A stretch of DNA of 63,018 bases, counting the filler. It is 8 parts of 8 records of this genome, joined end to end, with 100 filler letters (N's around TTAATTAATTAA, not from the genome) between each part and the next. Parts side by side here need not be neighbours in the genome. Positions count along the whole stretch, not along the records: positions 36,103 to 44,282 come from SRR31147125_100; positions 44,383 to 49,482 come from SRR31147125_132; 6 more parts are not named here. One strand, given 5' to 3'. The notes under the pieces are model-generated. The model was not told the origin of the DNA and made no database searches. It was given only the letters and a program-made list of their open reading frames with translations. The position numbers were made by a program, and so were the translations under genes. Positions 36,421-47,268 of the stretch are shown here, in pieces; the first letter of the stretch is position 1, and each line of letters begins with the position of its first letter.

Positions 36421-36942
36421 ATGAATAAAGATAAAAACAAGACAAACAAAACAGTCGCCTCGGTCTGCGGACTATACTGCGGAGCGTGCTCAGTCTATAT
36501 TGCCACAACAGATGACCCTGCACGTTTAAAAAAACACGCACAACATTATGGCGTTAGCAAAGAAGAATTACAGTGCTACGGCTGTAGAGCAGAAAAGAGA
36601 GCAAAGTTCTGTAATGATTGTAATTTCCCAGAGTGCGCAGCACAGCATGGAGTAGAGTTCTGTGGAGAATGCCCTGAGTTTCCTTGCGATGATTTCAAAG
36701 ACTTTCAGGCAGAATGCCCACACAGAAGTGAGATCTGGCAGGATATGGAAAGAATAAAAGAAACAGGAGTAGACAACTGGCTTGTGGAGGCTGATGCTAA
36801 TTATTTCTGCGCTAAATGCGACACTACCAATTCACCGTATGACCTCAAATGCCGCAAGTGCGGACATAAGCCAGCCAGCAAATTTATAAAGAACAACAAG
36901 ACCACAATCAAAAAATACCTCAAAAAAAATCCTATACTTTAG
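36421..36942 (+). CDS. DUF3795 Cys-rich protein
   Basis: CGLYCGAC, CYGC, FCGECPEFPC, extra CAKC/CRKC; probable start MNKDK at 36421. Confidence 0.85.
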   Translation: MNKDKNKTNKTVASVCGLYCGACSVYIATTDDPARLKKHAQHYGVSKEELQCYGCRAEKRAKFCNDCNFPECAAQHGVEFCGECPEFPCDDFKDFQAECPHRSEIWQDMERIKETGVDNWLVEADANYFCAKCDTTNSPYDLKCRKCGHKPASKFIKNNKTTIKKYLKKNPIL

Positions 36943-36972
36943 AGTCACTCAGCAATTGATTAATCTTGAATA

Positions 36973-37015
36973 TACTCTGTATCATCTATTATATCATAGT
37001 AGACGATGCAGAGCA
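36973..37015. terminator. Hairpin between convergent genes
   Basis: CTCTGTATCATCTA..TAGACGATGCAGAG. Confidence 0.5.
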
Positions 37016-37029
37016 TTTATTGCATAAAA

Positions 37030-38355
37030 CTAGATAAGCTTATAATTATATTTCTTCTGGTACTTTATCCCATAATAAGCGACCAGCAATAACGTACATA
37101 ATTCTGAAAAAGGCAAAATCATCCATATACCTTCAACTCCCCATAACAATGGAAAAATCAAGGCTCCCATTATAAAGAAAACAAATGTTCGAGAGAATGA
37201 AATTACTGCAGAAATTTTCCCATTTTCAAAAGCTGTAAAGAATGCCGAAGCATAAATATTTATCCCTGATATTAATATTACAATAGAAATATATTTCATA
37301 CCATTTGCAGCCACTGCAAATACCGGATTAGAACGGCTGACAAATACAGACACCAATGGATTGGCAAAAACCCAAACAACCCCAAATATTATAACAGATG
37401 CTATCAATACAAATTTTTTAGAATAGCTAATAACCTTCATAATCCTGTCAGTATCATTACTCCCGTAGCTATAGCTTATCAACGGAGCCACTCCTTCAGC
37501 AAAGCCGATAAACAAAGACGAAGCCATAAAATAAATAGTACTCAGAACTGTCACTGCGGCAACACCATTTTCACCAATATACTTCAAGGTAAGCAAGTTC
37601 AGAATAATTATCGTAACAGAAAGAGCAATCTCAGTCACCATTTCAGAAGATCCATTAACTACCGCATTCATAATAATCCTAAAATCCGGTTTACATGGTT
37701 TAATTTGAAATCTCGAAGTTTCAACACTTAAGTAAAAATATCCTACAAGAGCAGAAATCACAATCCCAAGCAATGTACCAAGTCCTGCTCCAGCTATACC
37801 CATTTTAAATATAACAATGAAAGCATAATCAAGAATAATATTTGCTACTCCACCAATAACCCCAACCAATAACGAAATGCTTGGCCTGCCATCAATTCTA
37901 AGTACACTTTCAAACAGTACTTTTACTATGAGAAATGGCAATGAAATTACCAAATATACTCCATAATCACATGCATATTGATAAACGACCGGTGTTACTC
38001 CCATCAATATAATAAGCCTTTTCTGAAATACTAAGCAAATCACCAAGGCTATAGCGCCCAAAACAAGACCAACTATAAATAACGAAAAGAAATCTCTATT
38101 TACTTCCCTGACCTTTCCCTGACCTAATTTTACCGCAAGTATTGCCCCGCCACCTGTGGCAAACATAACTCCAACGCCAAAGGCAATACCATATATCGGC
38201 ATTACCAGGTTCTGAGCAGCCAAAGCATTTGTACCTACAAATCTTGCTATAAATAAACTATCTATGCTTGTGTAGAATGCCATAAAAATCATTAACATAA
38301 TTGATGGAATAATAAACTTACTAATATTTTTAAATGTATACTCACCATGCAGCAT
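37030..38355 (-). CDS. MATE family efflux transporter
   Basis: DSLFIARFVG, RIDGRP, NIILDY, MGIAGAG; about 12 TM; GGAG RBS before ATG 38355. Confidence 0.92.
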   Translation of the reverse strand: MLHGEYTFKNISKFIIPSIMLMIFMAFYTSIDSLFIARFVGTNALAAQNLVMPIYGIAFGVGVMFATGGGAILAVKLGQGKVREVNRDFFSLFIVGLVLGAIALVICLVFQKRLIILMGVTPVVYQYACDYGVYLVISLPFLIVKVLFESVLRIDGRPSISLLVGVIGGVANIILDYAFIVIFKMGIAGAGLGTLLGIVISALVGYFYLSVETSRFQIKPCKPDFRIIMNAVVNGSSEMVTEIALSVTIIILNLLTLKYIGENGVAAVTVLSTIYFMASSLFIGFAEGVAPLISYSYGSNDTDRIMKVISYSKKFVLIASVIIFGVVWVFANPLVSVFVSRSNPVFAVAANGMKYISIVILISGINIYASAFFTAFENGKISAVISFSRTFVFFIMGALIFPLLWGVEGIWMILPFSELCTLLLVAYYGIKYQKKYNYKLI

Positions 38356-38387
38356 TACTATCTCCTTTATTTTAGTAGCTAATTGCA

Positions 38388-38418
38388 AGTATAAAGTATA
38401 TAGTTACTATATAGTCAA
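38388..38418 (-). promoter_or_regulatory. MerR-type promoter/operator for the MATE gene
   Basis: Minus strand TTGACT - 19 bp - TATACT, with dyad TATATAGT-T-ACTATATA (38397-38413) in the spacer. Confidence 0.88.
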
Positions 38419-38480
38419 CAGGATTTATAATTTTATTTCAAAAAAGATCTAATAGTTATTAATACTGATATGAGGAACCC

Positions 38481-39314
38481 ATGGGAATATTTTCTGAATT
38501 AATCAATACTGCAGAATTTGCTAAAACCTGCAATGTCTCCAAACAGACTCTCATCTATTATGATAAGATAAACCTATTCAAACCCAAACATGTAGACAAT
38601 AAAGGCTATAGATATTACTCAATATTTCAGCTGGAAGAATTCTATATAATTGATGTTCTCAAAGAGTCTGGCAAGAAACTTGCGGAGATCAAAGAATACA
38701 GCAGAACAAAAAACCCTGCTAACTTTATCAGGCAACTCACTCTCCAGCAAGGAAAAATCTCTACAAAAATAGCTGAACTAAAAGAACTCAATAAAATTAT
38801 TACTGACAGGAAGGCAATGACCGAACTGGGTATTGAAATCTATAATAATTTCACTCCTGAAATTGAAATAATCGAGCAGAAAGAGGAAATTCTCTCCATA
38901 AGCAACCAAATTAATGACTACCATGAAGACGATGGCATTCAGGAAGAAAATAATTTATTACAACTCTTAAAAAATAGTAGCGATAAGATCCGCTGTATTG
39001 GTGGAATTATCACCAAAGAACACCTCATAGCAAATAGCTTCAAACTCCTGGATTATTTATTTATCAGAACTAATAAAAGCAGAGGCTCTACCATGATAAA
39101 ACCTCATGGCACTTATGCCGTAGCTTATCATAAAGGGCAATACACTGATCTTTGGAAAACATATACTAAAATAATCACATTTCTCAAGGTTCATAACTAT
39201 TCGATAGTTGGAAACTCTTATAAAGATTTCCTGTTGGATTACTGTACACTACCCGATGAAGAAGACTGTGTCGCAAAAATATCTATACAAGTTAAAACAC
39301 TTGTAGATAAATAA
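38481..39314 (+). CDS. MerR family regulator with GyrI-like effector domain (BltR/BmrR-like)
   Basis: EFAKTCNVSKQTLIYYDKINLFKP..NKGYRYY; C-terminal GTYAVAYHKGQY. Confidence 0.92.
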   Translation: MGIFSELINTAEFAKTCNVSKQTLIYYDKINLFKPKHVDNKGYRYYSIFQLEEFYIIDVLKESGKKLAEIKEYSRTKNPANFIRQLTLQQGKISTKIAELKELNKIITDRKAMTELGIEIYNNFTPEIEIIEQKEEILSISNQINDYHEDDGIQEENNLLQLLKNSSDKIRCIGGIITKEHLIANSFKLLDYLFIRTNKSRGSTMIKPHGTYAVAYHKGQYTDLWKTYTKIITFLKVHNYSIVGNSYKDFLLDYCTLPDEEDCVAKISIQVKTLVDK

Positions 39315-39416
39315 TTTCATAATAGACCGTATCGCAAATTCCAAATGCAATACTCAACATCTCAATCATCATATTTTCCATTCAATTAATGCACTTGCAA
39401 TTTGACCCTACCTCTA

Positions 39417-40742
39417 TTAAAATACTTTATACTTATACTTTTTCTGGTACCTGACTAAAAACCACAGAGTCAACCCTAGTGAGCCCAGTTCAGCCGCCGG
39501 CAAGACCATCCATATCCCTTCACTATCAAAGATCAGCGGTAATACTGACGCGCTGATAATAAAGAACAAAAATGTTCTGCAAAAAGATATAATAGCTGAT
39601 ATTTTTCCATTCTCAAAAGAAGTAAAGAAAGCAGAGCCGAAGATGTTAACCCCGCAAATCAATAAAGCTGCTGAAAGAAAAGTCAGGCCATGCTCTGCTT
39701 CTGCAAATACTGGACTACTCTGAGGAACAAAAAAGGAAACAAAAGTATCTGCAAAGAAATAAAGCAAGATAAGAAGCGCAACCGAAGCCATTAAAATATA
39801 CACCCTGGAATACGAAACAATTCTCCCAATCGTATCATAATCATTCCTACCATAATAATAACTGAGAAGCGGTGCTGCTCCCATTGAAAAACCTATAAAT
39901 AAAGAAGATGCAAAAAAATTAAACGTAAGTACTATTGTCAGAGCCGCAACCCCATTAGCTCCGATATATTTTAAAGCCAGCATATTCATTATCAGAGTAG
40001 TTACTGCTGTTGCAATCTCTGTGATCATCTCAGAAGATCCGTTGATAACCGTTGCTTTTATCATCGAGAAATCGGGCAGACAGAGACGTATAGTAAACTT
40101 TGTCTTCTGTGAAAAAAAACTGCAAAATGAAATAATTCCACCCGAAACAATACCAATAAATGTAGCCAGCCCAGCTCCCTCAATCCCCCACTTCCATAAA
40201 TATACAAAGAGGTAATCAAGTACTATATTAATCACTCCGCCAATAACACTCACGAACAATGACATTCGCGGTCTGTTATCTATACGCAGAATATTATCAA
40301 AAATAACATTCATTATCAAAAAAGGAAAAGACAAAATAAGAAATGTCCCATACCCCAAAGCATAAGTTTTCAAACCTTCAGTAGCTCCGAGCAACAAGAC
40401 AATCTCTTCACGAAAATAATAACATACCAATGCAGCAAGAACACCGAAGAAAATCCCAACCGTCAGAAGCGAAGAGAGATCTCTGTTCGCCTGCCAAACA
40501 TTCCCTTTGCCGAGTTTTATAGCAATAATTGCACCACCACCTGCGGCAAACATTATGCCGCAGGAAAAAGCCACCCCATATAGAGGCATAACCAGATTCT
40601 GCCCAGCCAGTCCATCCTCCCCAACATACCGAGCAATAAACAAGCTATCGACAGAAGTATAAAAAGAGACGAATACCAGCAGAAGAATAGACGGTACTAC
40701 AAAATTCATAAAACTTTTTACTGTAAGCTTATTATGATCCAT
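39417..40742 (-). CDS. MATE family efflux transporter (paralogue)
   Basis: DSLFIARYVG, RIDNRP, NIVLDY, NGSSEM. Confidence 0.92.
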   Translation of the reverse strand: MDHNKLTVKSFMNFVVPSILLLVFVSFYTSVDSLFIARYVGEDGLAGQNLVMPLYGVAFSCGIMFAAGGGAIIAIKLGKGNVWQANRDLSSLLTVGIFFGVLAALVCYYFREEIVLLLGATEGLKTYALGYGTFLILSFPFLIMNVIFDNILRIDNRPRMSLFVSVIGGVINIVLDYLFVYLWKWGIEGAGLATFIGIVSGGIISFCSFFSQKTKFTIRLCLPDFSMIKATVINGSSEMITEIATAVTTLIMNMLALKYIGANGVAALTIVLTFNFFASSLFIGFSMGAAPLLSYYYGRNDYDTIGRIVSYSRVYILMASVALLILLYFFADTFVSFFVPQSSPVFAEAEHGLTFLSAALLICGVNIFGSAFFTSFENGKISAIISFCRTFLFFIISASVLPLIFDSEGIWMVLPAAELGSLGLTLWFLVRYQKKYKYKVF

Positions 40743-40754
40743 TCTAACACCCAT

Positions 40755-40794
40755 AAAAAAAATGACCTGCTATTGATATCAGTAGCAGATCATT
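40755..40794 (-). terminator. Intrinsic terminator after panD
   Basis: Minus strand ATGATCTGCTA..TAGCAGGTCAT followed by a T-tract. Confidence 0.7.
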
Positions 40795-40829
40795 GGGAAA
40801 AATTTATTTAACAGGTAAAACTATAAATT

Positions 40830-41192
40830 CTATTTGAGAGTATTTTTAATCTCAACAATATTATTTTGCTCATCAACAAGAACTTTTACAGGCTTATACA
40901 GCCTTGCCTCTTCATTATCCATCGCAGCATAACCCATAATAATAACCTTATCGCCGACTTCACCGAGACGAGCCGCAGCACCGTTGAGGCAACACTGCCC
41001 TTTAGTACCCTCCATAATATATGTCTGGAATCTGGCTCCATTGTTGATATTGACCACATCCGCCTTCTGTCCAAGTAAGAGACCTGACTCCTGCATCAAT
41101 TCAGGACAGAGCGACAAAGACCCCTCATAATTGAGATCAGCCTCGGTAACTGTAGCCCTATGTACCTTGCTGATCAGCATTTCACGTAACAT
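40830..41192 (-). CDS. panD: Aspartate 1-decarboxylase
   Basis: SKVHRATVTEADLNYEGS (G-S cleavage site), NNGARFQTY, LNGAAAR. Confidence 0.97.
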   Translation of the reverse strand: MLREMLISKVHRATVTEADLNYEGSLSLCPELMQESGLLLGQKADVVNINNGARFQTYIMEGTKGQCCLNGAAARLGEVGDKVIIMGYAAMDNEEARLYKPVKVLVDEQNNIVEIKNTLK

Positions 41193-41328
41193 TTTTGACT
41201 TTCCTTATTTTTATAACTGTATTAAGATTAAACTCTTATCTATCTTCATTTTCGCTATATCTTTTCTGTTTTCAAGAGGTTCAAAAGCAAATTTTTATCT
41301 CTTACATTAATTACATGTCATATTTATT

Positions 41329-42299
41329 TCAAAATCCCAGATATTCCAGATCATTTTTCTCAACAATAAACGGATTTCTAGGTATTACTCCCAAGTCAAA
41401 CCTACCGAGCAGATCAGCAATACTCAACAACTCTCCCCACTTGCAAAATCCACAACTCCATCCAAGCCAGCCGAGAAGTCGTTCCGGTGCTACTTTTCTC
41501 TCCCGCAAACAACTTATCCTAGTATCACCATGCCGCTTTGCCAGCCTCCTGCCATCACTCCCGACCACCAGTGGAAAATGCATAAACTCTGGTATCCCTT
41601 CAATATATGAGAGCGCTTTATACAGCTCAATCTGCCTGAAAGTACTATTGACCAGATCATCAGCCCTGATCACCTCAGTTACCCCAGTTGCATAATCATC
41701 AATCACACAGGCAAGCTGATAAGATATTTTGAGAACTCCGTCTACACTACTTCTAGCAACTACAAAATCCCCACTTGAACAACTGAGATCAGCCCTCTCT
41801 CTGCCCCGAAAATTATCTCTATACTCAACCAGAGCAGTATCCTGCAGATTGAACCTCCACGCAATACTCGACTTTTCACTCTTCCGCATTGCTTCAGCAG
41901 AATCAGCAAACCGCCCACGGCAAATATTGGGATAAACCATATCATCACCCAAGTTCGGTGCAGACTGAGCCTGCTCTATATCTGCCCTACTGCAGATACA
42001 GGGATAGACCAACCCAGACTCCTGCAGTCTGGCAAATTCCTGAGAATACAGTCTTCCCCGCCGACTCTGCACCAGCGGCTCTCCCTCCCAGTCCAATCCA
42101 AGCCAGCGAAGATCATCATACGCCTGCTCGACCTTGTGCTGTTTAACCCGTGGATGATCAAGATCTTCCATTCTCATCAGTATTTCCCCACCCCTGCTTC
42201 TGGCTCTAAGCCAACTCAGCAAAAAGTTCGGGCATTACCAAGATGGAGTGCTCCTGTCGGACTGGGCGCAAGCCGTGTTACATAAGAATGTTCTGTCAT
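41329..42299 (-). CDS. gluQ: Glutamyl-Q tRNA(Asp) synthetase (frameshift near 42223)
   Basis: Upstream frame MTEHSYVTRLAPSPTGALHLGNARTF joins LSWL..RMEDLD, YPCICSR, YQLACVIDD, RLAKR; no anticodon-binding domain. Confidence 0.88.
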
Positions 42300-42454
42300 T
42301 TCAACCCAATCACTTCAAGTTTCTTCAAAAAAGCATAGTCAGTAAATAAAAATATCTTGACTTACCAAAAATATCGTTAAAATATTACTGATTAAATAAT
42401 TCAACAATTAAATAGTATATACATTTTTACAACTTTACCAAGTAGGAGAAAGTA

Positions 42455-43675
42455 ATGGCAAAAAAGACAATCAAAGATATTGATGTTGCAGGCAAAAAAG
42501 TACTTATGCGTGTTGATTTCAATGTACCTCTCGATGGCGGTGTAGTTACAGATGACACACGTATCGTTGCAGCATTACCATCTATTACAGAAGTTATCAA
42601 AAAAGGCGGCAAACTTATTCTTGTCAGTCACTGCGGTCGCCCAAAAGGCGAAGCAAAACCAGAATTTTCTCTCAAACCAGCAGCTCTCAAACTAGCTGAA
42701 CTTCTCGGTCAGCCAGTAAACCTCGCTCCTGACTGTGTCGGCGCTGAAGTCGAAGCAATGGTTGAAGACCTCAAAGACGGCGAAGTTATTCTCCTTGAGA
42801 ATGCCCGCTTCCACAAAGAAGAAGAACTGCTCAATAAATATGACAAACAGGACGACGCAACAAAGGCTGCAATCGATAAGTTTGTCAGTGAACTAGCTGC
42901 TCTTGGTGACGTATACGTCAACGATGCTTTCGGTACAGCTCACCGCGCACATGCTTCTACTCAGGGTGTAACTAAATACCTCTCACCATGCGTTGCTGGT
43001 TACCTTATGGAAAAAGAAGTAAAATACTTCGGCGACACACTCGCTGCTCCTGAGAAACCATTTGTTGCTATTCTAGGTGGCGCAAAGGTATCAGATAAGA
43101 TCATGGTTATCGACAACCTCATGGACAAAGTAGACACTATCATTATCGGTGGTGCAATGGCTTACACAATGCTCAAGGCTAAGGGCGAAAGCGTTGGTAT
43201 TTCAATGGTTGAAGAAGACAAACTTGACGTTGCTAAAAACATCTTCAAAAAGGGCGAAGAAAAAGGCGTTCAGGTTCTTCTTCCAGTTGATCATGTATGC
43301 GCTAAAAAGTTCGGCGTTGACGAACCAGACGGCACATTTGCAACAATTCCAGATGACATGATGGGTCTTGATATCGGCCCTAAATCTGTTGAGATTTTCC
43401 AGGCAGCTGTCAAAGCAGCCAAGACTGTAGTATGGAACGATTATATGGGCGTATTTGAAAAACCTGCATTCGCAACAGGTACATTCGCTATTGCTGACGC
43501 TGTGGCAGAAAACGAAGCCTGCGTAAGTATTATTGGTGGTGGTGATTCTGTAAGTGCTGTTAAGAAATCAGGTCTTGCAGATAAGATGACCCACATCTCA
43601 ACAGGTGGTGGTGCATCTCTTGAATTCCTCGAAGGCAAAACTCTTCCAGGCGTTGCTGCACTCGACGAAGCTTAA
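42455..43675 (+). CDS. pgk: Phosphoglycerate kinase
   Basis: RVDFNVP, LLENARF, NDAFGTAHRAHAS, GGAKVSDK, GGGDS, STGGGASLE; NGP motif reads NDY. Confidence 0.97.
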   Translation: MAKKTIKDIDVAGKKVLMRVDFNVPLDGGVVTDDTRIVAALPSITEVIKKGGKLILVSHCGRPKGEAKPEFSLKPAALKLAELLGQPVNLAPDCVGAEVEAMVEDLKDGEVILLENARFHKEEELLNKYDKQDDATKAAIDKFVSELAALGDVYVNDAFGTAHRAHASTQGVTKYLSPCVAGYLMEKEVKYFGDTLAAPEKPFVAILGGAKVSDKIMVIDNLMDKVDTIIIGGAMAYTMLKAKGESVGISMVEEDKLDVAKNIFKKGEEKGVQVLLPVDHVCAKKFGVDEPDGTFATIPDDMMGLDIGPKSVEIFQAAVKAAKTVVWNDYMGVFEKPAFATGTFAIADAVAENEACVSIIGGGDSVSAVKKSGLADKMTHISTGGGASLEFLEGKTLPGVAALDEA

Positions 43676-43705
43676 GCCTCGGTTTTTAAGCAAGTATAAT
43701 TGATT

Positions 43706-43744
43706 AAAAATATCAGCTGCTTTTGAGAGCAGCTGATATTTTTT
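43706..43744. terminator. Bidirectional terminator
   Basis: AAAAATATCAGCTGC..GCAGCTGATATTTTTT. Confidence 0.82.
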
Positions 43745-43775
43745 ATTACCTTTAAAAAAATAATGCTCAAATAAA

Positions 43776-44282
43776 CTACTCCGATTCTATCATATTCTCA
43801 TATGCTATCTCTCTGGCTTTAGACAGCTCAAATCTATTGAGCCCAACCCGATAATCATTGACATAGCGCTGACTCAACCTTATTGCTCTAGTAGCATACT
43901 CCCCTGCCTGCTTATCGCCCTCTTTCTGCAGATAAAGCGCAAAAAGATAATGATAACGGGCATTGAATGGATATAATTCCCGAGCCTTCTTATAATAACC
44001 GATTATTTCTTCTTTATTCTCAGTCGCATAGTCAGCCAGAAAGTCAGCCATAAAAAGATAGTATCTGGAAGCAAACGGCCGGAGCTCTATAGCTTTTGCT
44101 ATCAGTTGCTTTATCTCGTCAAAATCACTTATATTTAATTGCTGGATTTCTTTAAACTTGTGCTGCTGAAGCATAAAATCCGCCTGCTGAATCAGTAAAT
44201 CCGCATTAATCTTAGACAGAGTCAAAGCCTCTTCAGTATACTTCAATGCCTGCTCCAGCTTCTCTTCTTCAGCATACCTCCC
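43776..44282 (-). CDS. TPR-like protein C-terminal fragment
   Basis: KAIELRP and KARELYP TPR-type motifs; runs to contig edge. Confidence 0.55.
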   Translation of the reverse strand, partial: GRYAEEEKLEQALKYTEEALTLSKINADLLIQQADFMLQQHKFKEIQQLNISDFDEIKQLIAKAIELRPFASRYYLFMADFLADYATENKEEIIGYYKKARELYPFNARYHYLFALYLQKEGDKQAGEYATRAIRLSQRYVNDYRVGLNRFELSKAREIAYENMIESE

Positions 44283-44382
44283 NNNNNNNNNNNNNNNNNN
44301 NNNNNNNNNNNNNNNNNNNNNNNNNNTTAATTAATTAANNNNNNNNNNNNNNNNNNNNNNNNNNNNNNNNNNNNNNNNNNNN
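44283..44382. other. Artificial contig linker
   Basis: N spacer with TTAATTAATTAA. Confidence 0.99.
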
Positions 44383-44383
44383 T

Positions 44384-44935
<552 letters not shown>

Positions 44936-44953
44936 TTATACAAGGGGGTTGTA

Positions 44954-45361
44954 ATGGCTGAGAATATATTTCTGGAAGTGGTCACCCCTTCAAAGGCCGT
45001 TGTCAGTGAAGAAGCTCAAATTGTAGTGGCTCCCGGATCTGAGGGTGAGTTCGGTGTGCTCAAAGGGCATACGACGTTTCTCACTTCTTTGAATGTTGGG
45101 ACACTGAGATATAAAGACACGTCCGGACAGGAAAAACTTCTATTCATAAATGGCGGGTTTGCTGAAGCATTGCCCAATAAGGTAACTGTTTTGGCTGAAT
45201 CGGCTGAAAAAAAAGAAGAAATTGACGTTGAGCGTGCAAGGCAGGCTAAAGAAAGAGCTGAGAGGCGTATTGCCGCAAGAGAAGAGCATCTTGATTTTGT
45301 AAGAGCGGAAGCCGCTCTGCGAAGAGCAATACATCGAATTTCCGTTGCCGGTGCATCATAA
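44954..45361 (+). CDS. atpC: F1 ATP synthase epsilon subunit
   Basis: LEVVTP, PGSEGEFGVLKGH, GGFAE; follows atpD. Confidence 0.96.
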   Translation: MAENIFLEVVTPSKAVVSEEAQIVVAPGSEGEFGVLKGHTTFLTSLNVGTLRYKDTSGQEKLLFINGGFAEALPNKVTVLAESAEKKEEIDVERARQAKERAERRIAAREEHLDFVRAEAALRRAIHRISVAGAS

Positions 45362-45415
45362 AAAATATTGCTGTAAAAGGTTCTACTTTTGAGTAGATTC
45401 TTCTTGATATTTTTC

Positions 45416-45454
45416 AGAGGGATGTTCTTCCATATGCGAAGCATCCCTCTTTTT
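45416..45454 (+). terminator. atp operon terminator
   Basis: AGAGGGATG..CATCCCTCTTTTT. Confidence 0.75.
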
Positions 45455-45519
45455 ATCTTTTATTTCTGTTTGTATGGGCGTTGGGGGAAAAAGAGAAATA
45501 CGATTTTCTTGGAGCAGCA

Positions 45520-46275
45520 ATGGATCCATCTAAAGTAGCGATAGTTATTCTTGCAGCCGGCAAAGGTACTCGGATGAAGTCGGAACTTCCGAAGGTGCTT
45601 CATCTCGTCAATGGGAAATCTATGATAAATAGAGTCGTGCGCGCCGCTTTGTCAGCTTTTTCTGAAAATATTGTAGTTGTTGTTGGGCATCAGTGGCAAC
45701 GAGTGAAAAGTGAAATTGAAAAAGAGTTCCCAACTCATGTTGACTATGCATTGCAAGAAAAGCTTTTGGGGACTGGGGATGCGGTTAAGTGTTCTACGCA
45801 TTTGTTAAATGAGAACGTCGAACATGTAATGGTTTTATGTGGGGACGTACCATTGATACAAAGCGAAACTTTGCAGTTCTTCGCCTCTCAACATGATCAA
45901 ATTGGAAATGATATTTCCGTTCTTGCCATACATGTAGATGATCCAAAAGGGTATGGTAGAATTATTGCAGATAAGGATAATAACTTTATTGCAATTAGAG
46001 AAGAGAAGGATGCAACGCAGGAAGAGAAGCAAGTTCAAACAGTCAATGCTGGTGTTTACTGCATAAAAAAAGAATTTCTCATAAAATCTCTTAAGTTATT
46101 ACATACAAATAATGCTCAAAAAGAATATTATTTGACGGATTTAATATCCATTTGCATTTCAAACAATGGAAAAACCGGTTTTTTTGTGTGGGAATTCTCT
46201 GAAGAATTTCAGGGGGTGAACACTTCTGAAGATCTAAAAAAGGTTGAATCTCTCTTGGAAGAAAGGGATAGATAA
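45520..46275 (+). CDS. GlmU-like uridylyltransferase domain only
   Basis: ILAAGKGTRMKS..PK, LGTGDA, GDVP, YGRI, EEKDA, EYYLTD, GVN; no hexapeptide domain. Confidence 0.85.
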   Translation: MDPSKVAIVILAAGKGTRMKSELPKVLHLVNGKSMINRVVRAALSAFSENIVVVVGHQWQRVKSEIEKEFPTHVDYALQEKLLGTGDAVKCSTHLLNENVEHVMVLCGDVPLIQSETLQFFASQHDQIGNDISVLAIHVDDPKGYGRIIADKDNNFIAIREEKDATQEEKQVQTVNAGVYCIKKEFLIKSLKLLHTNNAQKEYYLTDLISICISNNGKTGFFVWEFSEEFQGVNTSEDLKKVESLLEERDR

Positions 46276-46339
46276 ATTCTCTTGACTTTGGTAAATGCTA
46301 TGAATTATAGTTGTTCTAAAGATTTACGAGGTAGCTGAA

Positions 46340-46582
46340 TTGGATAAAGAAGTAATAGATAAGAAGTTTAATGATATTGACGAAAAAGTCGATTTTATAA
46401 TAGAATTGTGCCAAACATTACAGGCTGAAAATGTACAATTGACATCAAAATTGAGCCAACTGGAATCAGAACTTCAAGAAAAAAATGAGAAAGAATCACA
46501 ATATAACGAGCAGCACACAGCTATTCAGGAAAAAATAGATGGGCTTCTCTCAAAACTTGATAACTTTTCAGAAGTGCTATAA
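46340..46582 (+). CDS. ZapB-like coiled-coil cell division protein
   Basis: 80-aa coiled coil ending EKIDGLLSKL; TTG start with GAGG RBS; precedes zapA. Confidence 0.7.
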   Translation: MDKEVIDKKFNDIDEKVDFIIELCQTLQAENVQLTSKLSQLESELQEKNEKESQYNEQHTAIQEKIDGLLSKLDNFSEVL

Positions 46583-46588
46583 CAAAAG

Positions 46589-46948
46589 ATGTCCGACATA
46601 GAAGCTAAACCTTCAATCTGTATGGAAACGTCATCTGATGGAATAATTACCATTGATCTTTTCGGTACGCAATTTAAGTTTAAACCCGAGGGTAAAGTGG
46701 ATCGACCGGAATTAATTGTCGATGAAATGAATCAATATGTTCAAAACGCTGAAAAACAAATCCCTTTTACTGCGTCAGATAGAAATAAATTGGCAATTCT
46801 TTTGTTGGCATGTATGAACATGTCAAATGATTTACGTGAGATGAGAGTGCAACATGATACAATTAATAACCATGTAATCAAGCGTGCCACCTCTTTAATT
46901 GAGAAAATTGAACCTCACATCAGTGAATACATAAAAGCTCCAGTCTAG
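46589..46948 (+). CDS. zapA: Cell division protein ZapA family
   Basis: TIDLFGTQF, KLAILLLACMN; position between zapB-like gene and 6S RNA. Confidence 0.7.
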   Translation: MSDIEAKPSICMETSSDGIITIDLFGTQFKFKPEGKVDRPELIVDEMNQYVQNAEKQIPFTASDRNKLAILLLACMNMSNDLREMRVQHDTINNHVIKRATSLIEKIEPHISEYIKAPV

Positions 46949-47092
46949 ATTGCCATTGTCACGGCGCTTCGACTGTCGGATGATCAATCGATTAATAAGT
47001 GCCTGAAAGAAATGCAGTTGCATTCAAAACGTTAGGATGCTGAATAGTACCTGATAAGCTACAAAGAAAATTAAGTTGAGTAATGCTATCAT

Positions 47093-47268
47093 ACCCCTGC
47101 AATGTTAGTGATTGCGATATGTCCTTTGCCTAACGCTACAAAAAAGGGTTGCCACGCTGATACTGGTGAGCAAGTTCCAGTTGACCGGAAAAGCCTAAAA
47201 GTATTATTGGAAGCCCACTTTATGAACCTCGGTTCAAAGACATTTGCAACACGGCATAATGTGGGGGT
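47093..47268 (+). ncRNA. ssrS: 6S RNA
   Basis: About 176 nt; 5' ACCCCTGCAATGTTAGTG pairs with 3' CACGGCATAATGTGGGGGT; TGAACC..GGTTCA hairpin; TGCTATCAT extended -10 just upstream; zapA-ssrS-rny synteny. Confidence 0.82.
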
